NCBI GenBank assembly: GCA_963664705.1
Contig: OY761556.1
Location: 2,208,001 to 2,272,000 of the forward strand
DNA length: 64,000 bases
Origin: Acidobacteriota bacterium
Lineage (GTDB): Bacteria > Acidobacteriota > UBA6911
Direction: 5' to 3'
Position numbers and translations under genes: made by a program. Positions within the stretch are counted from its first letter, which is position 1; each line of letters begins with the position of its first letter. Below are positions 9,967 through 19,591 of the stretch, piece by piece. The notes under the pieces are model-generated. The model was given only the letters and a program-made list of their open reading frames with translations. It did not search any database and was not told the origin of the DNA.

Positions 9967-10995
9967 TTAGGCCGGGGCCTGGCAGGGTTTCTTGGCCTTG
10001 GATTTGAAGGAGAAGAACTCGGAAACGTTTTCGCGCAACAGCTGCGGGAATGGCTTGTCCAGATAAGAACGTATCGAGACATAGCATTGGTCGCAAGTGT
10101 TGTTCTGCGTGAATTCCCGGACCATGCGATCCTGTTCATGCAATCCATAGCGCTTGAATTGCATGGAGCAGGGCTGCAAGGCGCCGTCGCTGGTAACGAC
10201 GAGCCAGCGCAACCCGGCTTTGCACGAAGGGGCTCCGCCCTTGCGGAAATATTCCTGCGTGGAATCCAGTGTCGTTTCGTTATTTGTGATCCAATGGGAC
10301 TCGTTCATGCGCGCCTTCAACTGTCTGAGACCGTGATCGAGTGCGCGCTGCTGTTCTTCCGTTGTGATGAAATAATCCCTGCAACCCGTACGGCGGGGAG
10401 AATAGGCGCTGAAATTGATGTTGACGCCCCATTCCTTGGCCTTATCCGCGCAGCCATTGATTTCATTTACATTCCAGGCTGTAATGCAGTTGTTCATGAC
10501 GATGTCGTCATAGCCCAGCGCCGAGACCTGGGGAACCACCTCGCTCAAATGTTTGTACAGACCGGGAAGTCCGCGGAAGTCATCATGGCGCTCATCCGGA
10601 AAATCGAGACTTACGCAGAATTCATCGATACCGGCTTCCCTCAGTTCAAGATAGAGATCCTTGGTCATATGCGACCAGTTCGATACCAGGATTGTATAGG
10701 GAGTTCCCGACTGCCACTTGATATTGCGAACGACCTCGGTCAGATCTTCACGCATCAACGGCTCGCCTCCGGAGACCTGGACAACGCAGGGACGCAACAC
10801 TTCCATGTATTTCCGGTATTCCGCAGGCTTCAGATCCTTGGACATATCCCTGGGTCCGCCGTGATCACAGTGCTTGCAATAAGCGGTACAGGAGTCCGTA
10901 ACCTCAAAAGAGACAACAATGGGCCGCTGCGCCAGCCAATTTAAAGATCCTTGAGCAATGATCCGTAATGACTCTCCCAACGGCACTCGACGCAT
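9967..10995 (-). CDS. Radical SAM protein with Cys-containing C-terminal (twitch/SPASM-like) region
   Basis: CTAYCKHC (CxxxCxxC), SGGEPLMR, C-terminal CKAG...PC...CDQC; ATG after AGGAG. Confidence 0.85.
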   Translation of the reverse strand: MRRVPLGESLRIIAQGSLNWLAQRPIVVSFEVTDSCTAYCKHCDHGGPRDMSKDLKPAEYRKYMEVLRPCVVQVSGGEPLMREDLTEVVRNIKWQSGTPYTILVSNWSHMTKDLYLELREAGIDEFCVSLDFPDERHDDFRGLPGLYKHLSEVVPQVSALGYDDIVMNNCITAWNVNEINGCADKAKEWGVNINFSAYSPRRTGCRDYFITTEEQQRALDHGLRQLKARMNESHWITNNETTLDSTQEYFRKGGAPSCKAGLRWLVVTSDGALQPCSMQFKRYGLHEQDRMVREFTQNNTCDQCYVSIRSYLDKPFPQLLRENVSEFFSFKSKAKKPCQAPA

Positions 10996-11078
10996 GCACT
11001 CTCTCCTTTTGGTTTTAATAGACAGAGGATCGTAACAGATCCTCACGCAGGAATGCAAGCTTGTATGACAATCGTCGC

Positions 11079-11106
11079 TCAGAATTCAGGAGTCAGAAAT
11101 CAGAAT
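11079..11106. repeat. Heptamer tandem repeat (TCAGAAT-like x4)
   Basis: TCAGAAT TCAGGAG TCAGAAA TCAGAAT; related inverted units (CTCCTGACT) near 11150-11197. Confidence 0.5.
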
Positions 11107-11239
11107 CAAAATATCCCTTGTTCTTGATGCCAGAGATTTTGTTCGAGGATCCTGACTGACCGAAGTGATTTTGTTGCCATTCTCCCTCCTGACTCCGGAC
11201 GCGGCAATTGGTAGAGTTACAGATGAGAGGAGTGTGACG

Positions 11240-11710
11240 ATGGACGCAAAAGCTGAAGCTGAACAGAAAAAAGCAGAAGAACCCAAGAAGTTTTCCATAT
11301 CGCTCGAATCTATTCAGGACTACGAATTCCGCGTGAAGTTTGATCCAACCCAGATCCCGGACATTGTCATCGATGAGCCCATACCGCTGGGACACGACAA
11401 AGGCCCGGACCCGGCTCGTCTTCTCGCATCGGCCGTCGGCGGGTGTCTGAGCGCCAGCCTGCTGTTTTGCGCACGAAAACTGCGCCTGGATGTGCGGGGG
11501 GTGCATACGGACGTTACGGTAACCCATACACGCAACGAGAAGGGACGGTTGCGTATCGGCAAAATCGATGTGGAGATCGATCCGACCATCGGGGAGCCGG
11601 ACGAAGGGAAACTGCAGAGATGTCTCGATCTGTATGAAGATTTCTGCGTGGTAACGCAGAGCGTTCGCAAAGGACTGGATGTTTCCGTGAACGTAAAAAA
11701 GAACTCCTGA
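11240..11710 (+). CDS. OsmC family protein
   Basis: DEP..LG...GPDPARLLASAVGGCL...FCVVTQSV; AGGAG RBS. Confidence 0.85.
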   Translation: MDAKAEAEQKKAEEPKKFSISLESIQDYEFRVKFDPTQIPDIVIDEPIPLGHDKGPDPARLLASAVGGCLSASLLFCARKLRLDVRGVHTDVTVTHTRNEKGRLRIGKIDVEIDPTIGEPDEGKLQRCLDLYEDFCVVTQSVRKGLDVSVNVKKNS

Positions 11711-11735
11711 CTCCGGTCACTTCTGACAACTTACT

Positions 11736-12536
11736 ATGCTGATCATCTTCATCATCGGGATTCTGGTTGGAGCGTTCGGCGCATTGCTGGGAATCGGTGG
11801 CGGAGTGTTGCTGATACCCCTGCTGACCGGACTTTTGGGCGTTCCGATCAAGACTGCCATCGGAACGAGCATCCTCTGCGTTATCGCCACCTCCTGTGCG
11901 GCGGGGGCTGTCTACGTCGGACGCGGGCTTACCCATAACAAGCTGGCGATGGTGCTGGAGATGGCGACGACAGCGGGGGCGCTGACCGGCGGCATAACCG
12001 CCATTGTGATCAGCCCTCACCTGCTCTCCCTGATTTTTGGCCTTATCCTGCTGTATGTGGCCTACAGTATGCAAAAGCTTCCGCGGGAGGATCAGGATGT
12101 TTCGCCGACGGGTCTGCTGGACACAAGTTATGTGGATCCACGCACAGGCAACATGGTCAGCTATGGCGTTCGCAATCTTCCGGCCGGCATGGGCTCCAGT
12201 TTCCTGGCCGGAAACGTCTCGGGACTTTTGGGAATCGGCGGGGGGATCATCAAAGTTCCCATTATGAGCCTGGTGATGGGAGTGCCGCTGCGTGCTTCTA
12301 TTGCGACCAGCAACTTCATGATAGGGATCACGGCGGCGACAAGCGCGATCATCTACTATTCCCGAAGCCTTATCGATCCAACGATTGCCATCCCCACAGC
12401 CCTTGGCGTTCTTGCGGGAGCTCAGATAGGAACGCGCCTGGGGGCGCGGCTGCGAAGCCAGAAGCTCAAACTGGTATTTCAGTTGCTCCTGCTCCTATTC
12501 GCGGTCCAGATGGTTTACCAGGCAATGAGAGGCTGA
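11736..12536 (+). CDS. TauE/SafE family (sulfite exporter-like) permease
   Basis: Two GxLGIGGG repeats; hydrophobic; ATSNFMIGITAA. Confidence 0.9.
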   Translation: MLIIFIIGILVGAFGALLGIGGGVLLIPLLTGLLGVPIKTAIGTSILCVIATSCAAGAVYVGRGLTHNKLAMVLEMATTAGALTGGITAIVISPHLLSLIFGLILLYVAYSMQKLPREDQDVSPTGLLDTSYVDPRTGNMVSYGVRNLPAGMGSSFLAGNVSGLLGIGGGIIKVPIMSLVMGVPLRASIATSNFMIGITAATSAIIYYSRSLIDPTIAIPTALGVLAGAQIGTRLGARLRSQKLKLVFQLLLLLFAVQMVYQAMRG

Positions 12537-12537
12537 C

Positions 12538-12999
12538 ATGCGGAAGGGCAAAGGTTTGTCGGTTCCAGTGGCGCGGGAGAACGGGAATCCCGACCAATCG
12601 GTGGATGTTGCCGAGCCAATCGGCATATTAGAAATTGCAATCGATTCTGAAGAAGAGGCCAACGCACGGCGGGAACTCAATGATGTCGTCCACAAAATGC
12701 TGCTTCTCGGGCTGATCCTCAGCACCGCAATTCTCTTCGCAGGCCTGGCATTGAGCGGGATTAAGCATCAGCCTATTCCATCCCATGTGTCCGATTTTAG
12801 CGCGCTCTATCAAGGATTGAAGACGTTATCTCCTCCAAGCGTCCTGAGCCTGGGGATCCTGTTGTTGATTGCTACGCCCGTGCTGCGCGTCTTCGGGTCG
12901 CTCGTGGAGTTTGTTTTGAAAAGAGACTGGCATTTTGCTTTGATCACCGCAGTAGTTCTGGGCATTCTGGGCATCAGCCTTTTCTATGGGCAAGGTTAG
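12538..12999 (+). CDS. DUF1634-like membrane protein
   Basis: LGILLLIATPVLRV motif; usual neighbour of TauE genes. Confidence 0.75.
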   Translation: MRKGKGLSVPVARENGNPDQSVDVAEPIGILEIAIDSEEEANARRELNDVVHKMLLLGLILSTAILFAGLALSGIKHQPIPSHVSDFSALYQGLKTLSPPSVLSLGILLLIATPVLRVFGSLVEFVLKRDWHFALITAVVLGILGISLFYGQG

Positions 13000-13062
13000 A
13001 CATCCCCCGCATTTGCCCGCGATCATCCCCCCAAGGCTTTGTTTTACTCCGGGGAGGAAACC

Positions 13063-14121
13063 GTGGAGAATCAGAAAAACGACCGGCGTGAGCTGGAAAT
13101 CTTTTACGAAATCACGCGGGACATTAATGACGGTTTGAGCCAGCAAGCCGTCCTCGATTCCATGCTGGGTCGCATTGTGGTGGACCTGGGATACAAAGCA
13201 GCCACCCTGCGCCTGCTGGATGAGGAAAGGCGGACGCTCAGGCTGAAAGCGTTTTATGGATTAAGCACGATATATTTATCCAAGGGGGATGTGGATCTCG
13301 ACAAAAGCGGCATCGATCGGGCTGTTCTGGCCGGCCGCATCACCGCCATACGGGATGTCAAAACCGAGAGCGGATTCCAGTATTGCAAGGCAGCAGAGGG
13401 AGAAGGACTGACCAGCATGCTTGCCGTGCCTTTGGTTCTTCATGGAAGTGCCATCGGAGTGCTGCACGTTTACACGAAGGAAGCGCACGATTTCGGCGAG
13501 GACGAGCAGGCATTCCTTTCCGGCATCGCCACGCTCGGCGCGCAGGCCATCCGTCGCACTCATTGCTTTGAAGCCTTTCACCGCATTGCGCACCAGGTGA
13601 ATTCAAGCCTGGAAGTGATGCAGGTATTGAGAACGCTGCTGCTGGAATCGGTGAAGGAACTGAATGTGCGCGCCGGCTCGATTCGATTGCTCGGGCCGCG
13701 GAAGAGGATTCTGCATCTCGCCGCTTCCTATGGACTCAGCGAAGAGTATCTGAAAAAAGGCGAAATTGAACTGGCCCAGAGCCCGGTGGATCGGAAGGTG
13801 GTCGAGGAAGCGCGTCCCGTTGCTATTTCGGATATCGGCAGCGAAATCGGGTTCCAATATGTTCGCGAGGCGGAACGGGAGGGCATTCGTTCCGTCCTGG
13901 TGATTCCACTGCTGCGACAGGACAAAGCCATCGGCATCATGCGCCTGTATTCGGGACAGGTGCGTCGCTTTGCTCCCGAGGAGATCAGCCTGGCTGATGC
14001 AGTCGCGGATCTCGGAGCCGTAGCCATCGACAACGCGCGCTTGCACGAAATGCTTAAAGACAGGCTGGAAGCGCTGAAAGAGGACTCAGACGGCTGGTAT
14101 CGGTTCCTGTCGATGGGGTGA
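13063..14121 (+). CDS. Tandem GAF-domain protein without an output domain
   Basis: Two repeats of L.A.YGLS..YL.KG.....S..D...EG..S.L..PL......G....Y; GTG after GGAGG. Confidence 0.82.
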   Translation: MENQKNDRRELEIFYEITRDINDGLSQQAVLDSMLGRIVVDLGYKAATLRLLDEERRTLRLKAFYGLSTIYLSKGDVDLDKSGIDRAVLAGRITAIRDVKTESGFQYCKAAEGEGLTSMLAVPLVLHGSAIGVLHVYTKEAHDFGEDEQAFLSGIATLGAQAIRRTHCFEAFHRIAHQVNSSLEVMQVLRTLLLESVKELNVRAGSIRLLGPRKRILHLAASYGLSEEYLKKGEIELAQSPVDRKVVEEARPVAISDIGSEIGFQYVREAEREGIRSVLVIPLLRQDKAIGIMRLYSGQVRRFAPEEISLADAVADLGAVAIDNARLHEMLKDRLEALKEDSDGWYRFLSMG

Positions 14122-14352
14122 GGGTGGATTCGCGGAGAACGCCACCGTCCCGCCTAATGCCATTTACCTTTTTTCGAGGGGGGGGCTTTCGCCCCTTCAG
14201 CAGCCCGCCCACCGGTGGTGTTCCAAACATCAAGGGAACTCGATTTATTTTTTGCTTTTTCTCTGTTTAGTTAAATACTTGGAACAAATATAGTTATGAT
14301 TCCCGATTTGCATCGAGCGCCTTAGGAGGGCTCTTTTGATCCCCGAACCTAA

Positions 14353-14403
14353 CCCCGGGCTCGCAAGCTCGCCCGGGGCTACTATCTATCGCGCCTCCGG
14401 CGC
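14353..14403. repeat. Single REP-like element (large hairpin, CTAC, small TCC-loop hairpin)
   Basis: CCCCGGGC...GCCCGGGG-CTAC-N8-GCGCCTCCGGCGC; same layout as 2179-2231. Confidence 0.6.
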
Positions 14404-14502
14404 TGGATCTTTGTTCCATCAGAGTGTCTCGCCGACAAGGAGCGTGGCCGCTTGCATGGCGCTGATGCCGCCGGGACGACGCCGGTCCCGGCGGAACCCC
14501 AA

Positions 14503-15273
14503 TCATTTCCCCCGGTTCAATTCATAGATGATCTTCAAGCCCTGAAGCGTCAGCCACGGCTCGATGATATCGATGCTTGCGGTTTCCTTGGCAATGAATT
14601 CCACAAATGAGCCGGTGCCGATGGTTTTCATATCCGGTCCGAGTTCGGCGCGAAATCGCGCAACCATTCCATCCACAAGCCCGACATACCCGTAAAGCAA
14701 TCCCGACTGCAGCGAATGTACGGTATTCCGCCCGATTGCGGAGGGCGGCCGGGTAATCTCGACGCGTGGAAGTTTGGCGGCGCGCCGGAAGAGGGCATCG
14801 GACGAGATACCGATGCCCGGGGCGATGGCTCCGCCCAGGTATTCTCCGCTCGCGGATATTGCATCAAAAATGGTTGCGGTGCCGAAATCCACGATGCAGG
14901 CAGGTCCGCTGTGGATGCGTCGCACGGCCGCGGCATTGACCACACGGTCCGCACCCACCTGCTTCGGATCCTCATACCGCAGCGGGATCCCCGTTTTGGT
15001 TCCGGCATCCACCACGAGCGGAGCGGTATTCAGGTAGTCGCGGCATGCGCGTTCGAAGGTTCCGGTCAGTGGCGGCACGACCGAGGCGATGGCGATTTCG
15101 TTAATTTCATTGGAACCGACCCCGACGCTCTCCAGCAGTTGCACCAGGAAAATCCCATATTCATCGGCGGTGCGTTCATTGTCAGAGGCAAGGCGCCATC
15201 GCGGACCAAGCTTCTCGGATTTGTACAGACCGATGGTAATGCTTGTGTTCCCAATATCCACTACCAGCAGCAT
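14503..15273 (-). CDS. coaX: Type III pantothenate kinase
   Basis: VDIGNT, VGADR, VDFGTAT, GGAIAPG, LTLQGL. Confidence 0.95.
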   Translation of the reverse strand: MLLVVDIGNTSITIGLYKSEKLGPRWRLASDNERTADEYGIFLVQLLESVGVGSNEINEIAIASVVPPLTGTFERACRDYLNTAPLVVDAGTKTGIPLRYEDPKQVGADRVVNAAAVRRIHSGPACIVDFGTATIFDAISASGEYLGGAIAPGIGISSDALFRRAAKLPRVEITRPPSAIGRNTVHSLQSGLLYGYVGLVDGMVARFRAELGPDMKTIGTGSFVEFIAKETASIDIIEPWLTLQGLKIIYELNRGK

Positions 15274-15307
15274 AGTCCCTCCGCTTTTCGTTTTGTGCCC
15301 TGATTTC

Positions 15308-16138
15308 CTAGAGCAGAAAATTATCGATCAGGCGTGCTTTGCCGATCCGGACTGCCAGAGACAGCAATACGTGATGATCGATCTTCTGAAGTTCGCAAAG
15401 AGTCTCGGGATCGGCGGCGGAGACATACTGTTCGGAAGCCAGAGGTTCCGATTGCACCACCGATCGCATGCGGTGACGCAGCGTTTCCGCGTCGCGTTCC
15501 CCTTTATCGTATTGTTCCCTGGCCGCGCTCAACGCTCGATAAAGCACGGTTGCCGCGGCTCGTTCCGCGGGATTCAGGTAAGCATTCCGACTGCTCAAGG
15601 CCAGGCCGTCGGGTTCGCGCACCGTGGGGCACACGACCAGTTCAACCGGAAAATCCAGGTCCCTTGCCATGCGCCTGAGCACCGCGACCTGCTGTGCATC
15701 TTTTTGTCCAAAGTAGGCTCTATCGGGTTGGAAACAGTTGAACAGTTTGGCAACGACAGTAGCGACTCCGCGAAAATGCCCGGGCCTGGAGTTCCCCTCC
15801 AGCGGCAACTCCAATTCCTCAACCCGAATCCAGGTCTGAAAACGGGGCGGATACACGCACTCTGCGGCCGGAGTCCACACAATATCCACGCCGAGGCTCT
15901 CCAGCAGGTCGAGATCCTGCTGCAGAGTACGCGGATAGTTCTTTAAATCCTCCCCGGGACTGAACTGGGTTGGATTGACGAAAATGCTGGCTCCCACATG
16001 AGCACAATCCTGCCGTGCCGCCGTTACAAGCGACGCGTGCCCCGGATGCAATGCGCCCATGGTAGGGACCAGCCCGAAGGTACCCTGCATCGACGCGCGG
16101 GCCTTTCTCAGCTCCGCAAGGCTTTCGATTACCTGCAT
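15308..16138 (-). CDS. panC: Pantoate--beta-alanine ligase
   Basis: PTMGALHPGH, FVNPTQF, RPGHFRGV, FGQKDAQQ, GLALSSRN, RLIDN. Confidence 0.96.
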   Translation of the reverse strand: MQVIESLAELRKARASMQGTFGLVPTMGALHPGHASLVTAARQDCAHVGASIFVNPTQFSPGEDLKNYPRTLQQDLDLLESLGVDIVWTPAAECVYPPRFQTWIRVEELELPLEGNSRPGHFRGVATVVAKLFNCFQPDRAYFGQKDAQQVAVLRRMARDLDFPVELVVCPTVREPDGLALSSRNAYLNPAERAAATVLYRALSAAREQYDKGERDAETLRHRMRSVVQSEPLASEQYVSAADPETLCELQKIDHHVLLSLAVRIGKARLIDNFLL

Positions 16139-17031
16139 TGTTTTTGATTGCTCCTGTTGAAATGAACCGCAGCCTGAACCATCTGCCACAGGGTGTCGTT
16201 AACCGGCGTGGGAATACCCATACGCCGTCCCTCCGTCACGATAGCGCCGTTGATGGCATCGCATTCTGTCTGAGCACCGCGCAGTATATCCTGAAGCATG
16301 GAGGAGTGGTTGGCAGCCGTCTTTTCGGCAACTTCACTGACACGGACCGCCGCGTCCGCAAACGGCAACCGGATATTTTTTGCTTCGGCCACAGCGGCGC
16401 ATTCGGTTGCGGCGCGGATCATCAGGCCTCGAGCGCCCGGGTGTGTGAGCAATTCGCCATTGGGAACCCGCAGCAGCGCCGTGAGGGCGTTGATGCCGCA
16501 ACTGATGGTCATCTTGCCCCAGAGAAGGCTGTCGGCCTCGCCGGAACTGCTTGCATGGCATTCCAGTCCGGCGGTTTGAAACAACCGAATCACCCACTCG
16601 GGGGCAACCATGTGGGTAGGCCCTGAACCACCTGCTTTGACATGTCCCGGCCCCAGGAGTGTTGCTCCTTCTGCCGTCGATCCGGGAAATGCCCGGGGCC
16701 CCAGCAATTCGATGTTTCCAAGTCCGTTTTGAAGGGAGATCGCAATGCCTTCGGGAGCCAGGTATTGGGAAAGGACGGAGGCAATCTGTTCCGTTTGGTA
16801 CGACTTGACGAGGATGATTGCCAAATCCACGGGAGCCAGCGCAGCGCCCAGCAGGTCAGCATGGACGCGGGCATTGTATGATTCCCGCCCGTTCTCATAA
16901 AGAATGCCTCGGGCCTGGATGGCTTGCACCGCCTCGCTCCAGGTGCCCAGCATCGTTATTTCCGAAACGCGGGACAGGCGTGCCGCGAAATGGCAGGCCA
17001 TGGCGCCGGTACCGAAGAGAACGACTCGCAT
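16129..17031 (-). CDS. panE: 2-dehydropantoate 2-reductase
   Basis: GTGAM Rossmann motif, VKSYQ, LQNGLG, WGK...N.LTAL, SSMLQD, TE.DAING. Confidence 0.92.
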   Translation of the reverse strand: MRVVLFGTGAMACHFAARLSRVSEITMLGTWSEAVQAIQARGILYENGRESYNARVHADLLGAALAPVDLAIILVKSYQTEQIASVLSQYLAPEGIAISLQNGLGNIELLGPRAFPGSTAEGATLLGPGHVKAGGSGPTHMVAPEWVIRLFQTAGLECHASSSGEADSLLWGKMTISCGINALTALLRVPNGELLTHPGARGLMIRAATECAAVAEAKNIRLPFADAAVRVSEVAEKTAANHSSMLQDILRGAQTECDAINGAIVTEGRRMGIPTPVNDTLWQMVQAAVHFNRSNQKQCR

Positions 17032-17052
17032 CCGTCTTCTCCGTACGATGGT

Positions 17053-17967
17053 TTAGTGGTAGCGAACCTTGTCGTCAGACTCGATTTCCGGCTCCAGGAA
17101 ACTGATTTCCCGGATGAGATCTCGCAGCGCCTGAGGATCCATGGAATTACCGTGTTCGGCCGCGGGGAAGCGTCCTTCCTTCACATCCTCGATATATTCG
17201 TGGAAGGCTTGTTCCATGGCCGAAAAGAGGTCGGCATATTTTTTGACGAAGCTGGGCGTAAACCGGTCGAAGAGGCCTAACAGGTCGTGGGTTACCAGGA
17301 TCTGTCCGTCGCAGGCGCTCCCCGCTCCGATCCCGATCACTGGGATCGACAGGCGTTGGGAGATCAATTGTGCAACCTCAACGGGCACGGCTTCGATCAC
17401 CACGGAATAACAGCCCACATCTTCGAGGATCAGTGCGTCCTCGATCAGCGTTTTGGCGGCTTCGGTGGATTTTGCCTGGACTTTCCAACCGCCCAGCTGG
17501 TGAACGCTTTGAGGCGTCAGACCAAGATGCCCCATTACGGGGATACCCGCCGCGACAATGGATCGAATCGCACGCGCCCTTTCACGTCCGCCCTCAAGCT
17601 TAACGGCGTCGACGCCCCCCTTTTGCATAAGGCTGCCGGCGTTTCGCAGCGCGTCGGCGGAGGACACCTGGTAGGACATGAACGGCAGATCTGCGACGAG
17701 ATGAGCACGGGACACGCCACGCCTCACAGCCCGGCTGTGGTGAATCATGTCCTGCATCGTAACGGGAAGCGTGTTCTCGTATCCCAGCACAACCATTCCG
17801 AGCGAATCGCCCACGAGAATGCCGTCGATCCCCGAACGATCCAGAGCAACGGCGGTCGGGTAGTCGTAGGCAGTCAGAAAGGTAATCGGCTCGCCGTGCG
17901 CTTTTTTGGATAGAAGCGTTTGGATTGTAACTTTGCCCCTGGACGGGGTCGAAGGTATGGTGGACAT
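17053..17967 (-). CDS. panB: 3-methyl-2-oxobutanoate hydroxymethyltransferase
   Basis: [47 protein letters not shown]. Confidence 0.96.
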   Translation of the reverse strand: MSTIPSTPSRGKVTIQTLLSKKAHGEPITFLTAYDYPTAVALDRSGIDGILVGDSLGMVVLGYENTLPVTMQDMIHHSRAVRRGVSRAHLVADLPFMSYQVSSADALRNAGSLMQKGGVDAVKLEGGRERARAIRSIVAAGIPVMGHLGLTPQSVHQLGGWKVQAKSTEAAKTLIEDALILEDVGCYSVVIEAVPVEVAQLISQRLSIPVIGIGAGSACDGQILVTHDLLGLFDRFTPSFVKKYADLFSAMEQAFHEYIEDVKEGRFPAAEHGNSMDPQALRDLIREISFLEPEIESDDKVRYH

Positions 17968-17996
17968 CGGCTATCTTCTCCAGTTTTCGAGTAAGA

Positions 17997-18064
17997 TGCC
18001 TGTTCCGGTCATCTGGCATAAAACAGGCAGCACCGTCTCGGTCGCAAAGGATCCAAGCGGCGGT
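17997..18064 (-). ncRNA. pan-motif-like cis-regulatory leader RNA (two hairpins) upstream of panB
   Basis: Minus strand CCGCUUGGAUC-loop-GACCGAGACGG folds as a stem with two bulged As; second hairpin UGCCUGUUUU...GGAACAGGCA; lies between a TAGAAT -10-like box (18068-18073) and panB. Confidence 0.75.
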
Positions 18065-18202
18065 ATTATTCTAAGCAACTGCTTTCGATTTGAAAAGAGC
18101 CATTTGCCCATCGGGCTGGACGGACGATGCCGGATGCCCGCTTCCCGCGCGAACCCGAGTCAATGTATGCTATTGTATCTGCTTGATAATGGAGAGGTAG
18201 AC

Positions 18203-19225
18203 ATGAAGGCACTGATCAAGAAAGAGGCGAAACCGGGGTTGTGGCTCGAAGATGTCCCAGAACCGAAAATTGGGATCAATGACGTATTAATCAAAGTGGA
18301 TCGTACCGGGATCTGCGGCACGGATCTCCATGTTTATGAGTGGGATGCCTGGGCGCGTCAGACTATACCGGTCCCGCTCGTTGTCGGACATGAGTTTGTC
18401 GGAGAAGTGATAGAAGTCGGCTCCAATGTCGCCGATTTCCACCCGGGGAATATCGTCAGCGCCGAAGGACACGTCGTCTGCGGCCGCTGCCGCAACTGCC
18501 TTGCCGGCCGCCGCCACCTTTGTAAAGATACGCAGGGGATCGGCGTCAATCGTCCCGGCGCCTTTGCCGAATACATTTCAGTCCCCATGACCAACGTCTG
18601 GCACCATAAGGAAGACATCGACCGCGACGTGGCCTCCATTTTTGATCCCTTCGGTAATGCCGTCCACACTGCCCTGTCGTTTGACGTGCTGGGCGAGGAT
18701 GTCCTGATCACCGGCGCGGGCCCTATCGGGATCATGGCGGCGGCCGCAGTAAAACATGCCGGAGCACGATTTGTCGTGATCACCGACATGAATGAATATC
18801 GGCTCGAGTTGGCCCGGAAAATGGGCGTGACTCTTGCCCATAATGTAAAAAATGGCACTCTGCGCGATGTCCAGAACCAGTTGGGAATGAAAGAAGGCTT
18901 CGACGTCGGTCTGGAAATGTCGGGTAATCCCGTAGCCTTCCGCGAAATGATCGACAATATGTGTCACGGCGGCAAGATCGCCATGCTGGGGATTCCGTCA
19001 CAGCCGATCAACATCGACTGGAACAAGGTGATTTTTAACATGCTCACGATCAAGGGGATCTACGGTCGCGAAATGTATGAAACCTGGTACCAGATGACCG
19101 TCATGCTGGAAAGCGGACTGGATATCAAACCTGTCATTACACACCGGTTCCACTATACGGAATTTCAAAAGGGCTTTGAGGTGATGCAGACGGGACAGTC
19201 CGGCAAAGTGGTTCTGAAATGGTGA
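18203..19225 (+). CDS. tdh: L-threonine 3-dehydrogenase
   Basis: [26 protein letters not shown]...[22 protein letters not shown]; GGAG RBS. Confidence 0.95.
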   Translation: MKALIKKEAKPGLWLEDVPEPKIGINDVLIKVDRTGICGTDLHVYEWDAWARQTIPVPLVVGHEFVGEVIEVGSNVADFHPGNIVSAEGHVVCGRCRNCLAGRRHLCKDTQGIGVNRPGAFAEYISVPMTNVWHHKEDIDRDVASIFDPFGNAVHTALSFDVLGEDVLITGAGPIGIMAAAAVKHAGARFVVITDMNEYRLELARKMGVTLAHNVKNGTLRDVQNQLGMKEGFDVGLEMSGNPVAFREMIDNMCHGGKIAMLGIPSQPINIDWNKVIFNMLTIKGIYGREMYETWYQMTVMLESGLDIKPVITHRFHYTEFQKGFEVMQTGQSGKVVLKW

Positions 19226-19293
19226 GTCAGGTAGTGGGTAGTGGGCAGTAGGCAGTGTGTAGCGCAACTGCCCACTACCTACTGCCCACTGAC
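19226..19293. repeat. Inverted arrays of heptamer repeats (GGYAGTR) forming a long hairpin after tdh
   Basis: GGTAGTG GGTAGTG GGCAGTA GGCAGT ... ACTGCCC ACTACCT ACTGCCC ACTGAC. Confidence 0.7.
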
Positions 19294-19326
19294 ATAAAAA
19301 AATATTCAGTATCTTCTCGCAATACA

Positions 19327-19355
19327 TTGACAATAAGCCCTTATGTTGTTAGCTT
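19327..19355 (+). promoter_or_regulatory. Sigma-70-type promoter of tRNA-Asn
   Basis: TTGACA (19327-19332), 17-bp spacer, TG-n-TAGCTT (19350-19355). Confidence 0.7.
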
Positions 19356-19374
19356 ATTGCTCACACCATTTTGC

Positions 19375-19449
<75 letters not shown>

Positions 19450-19591
19450 TAAATCCAATATTCACAATCCTTTCATTCTTTGCGTTTGTGGCGCATTTCA
19501 ATTGCGTACCTGGAACTTTTTCGCGCGTCCGTTTGAATTGGGCCAGGAACCCAGGATTTCAGGTAAGCCAGCGTTGAAGGACCGGCAGATA

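Noticed and set aside
17906-18202. 99-aa N-terminal extension of tdh in the ORF track
   Set aside because: Overlaps panB and its leader RNA; the conserved Tdh start with RBS is at 18203.
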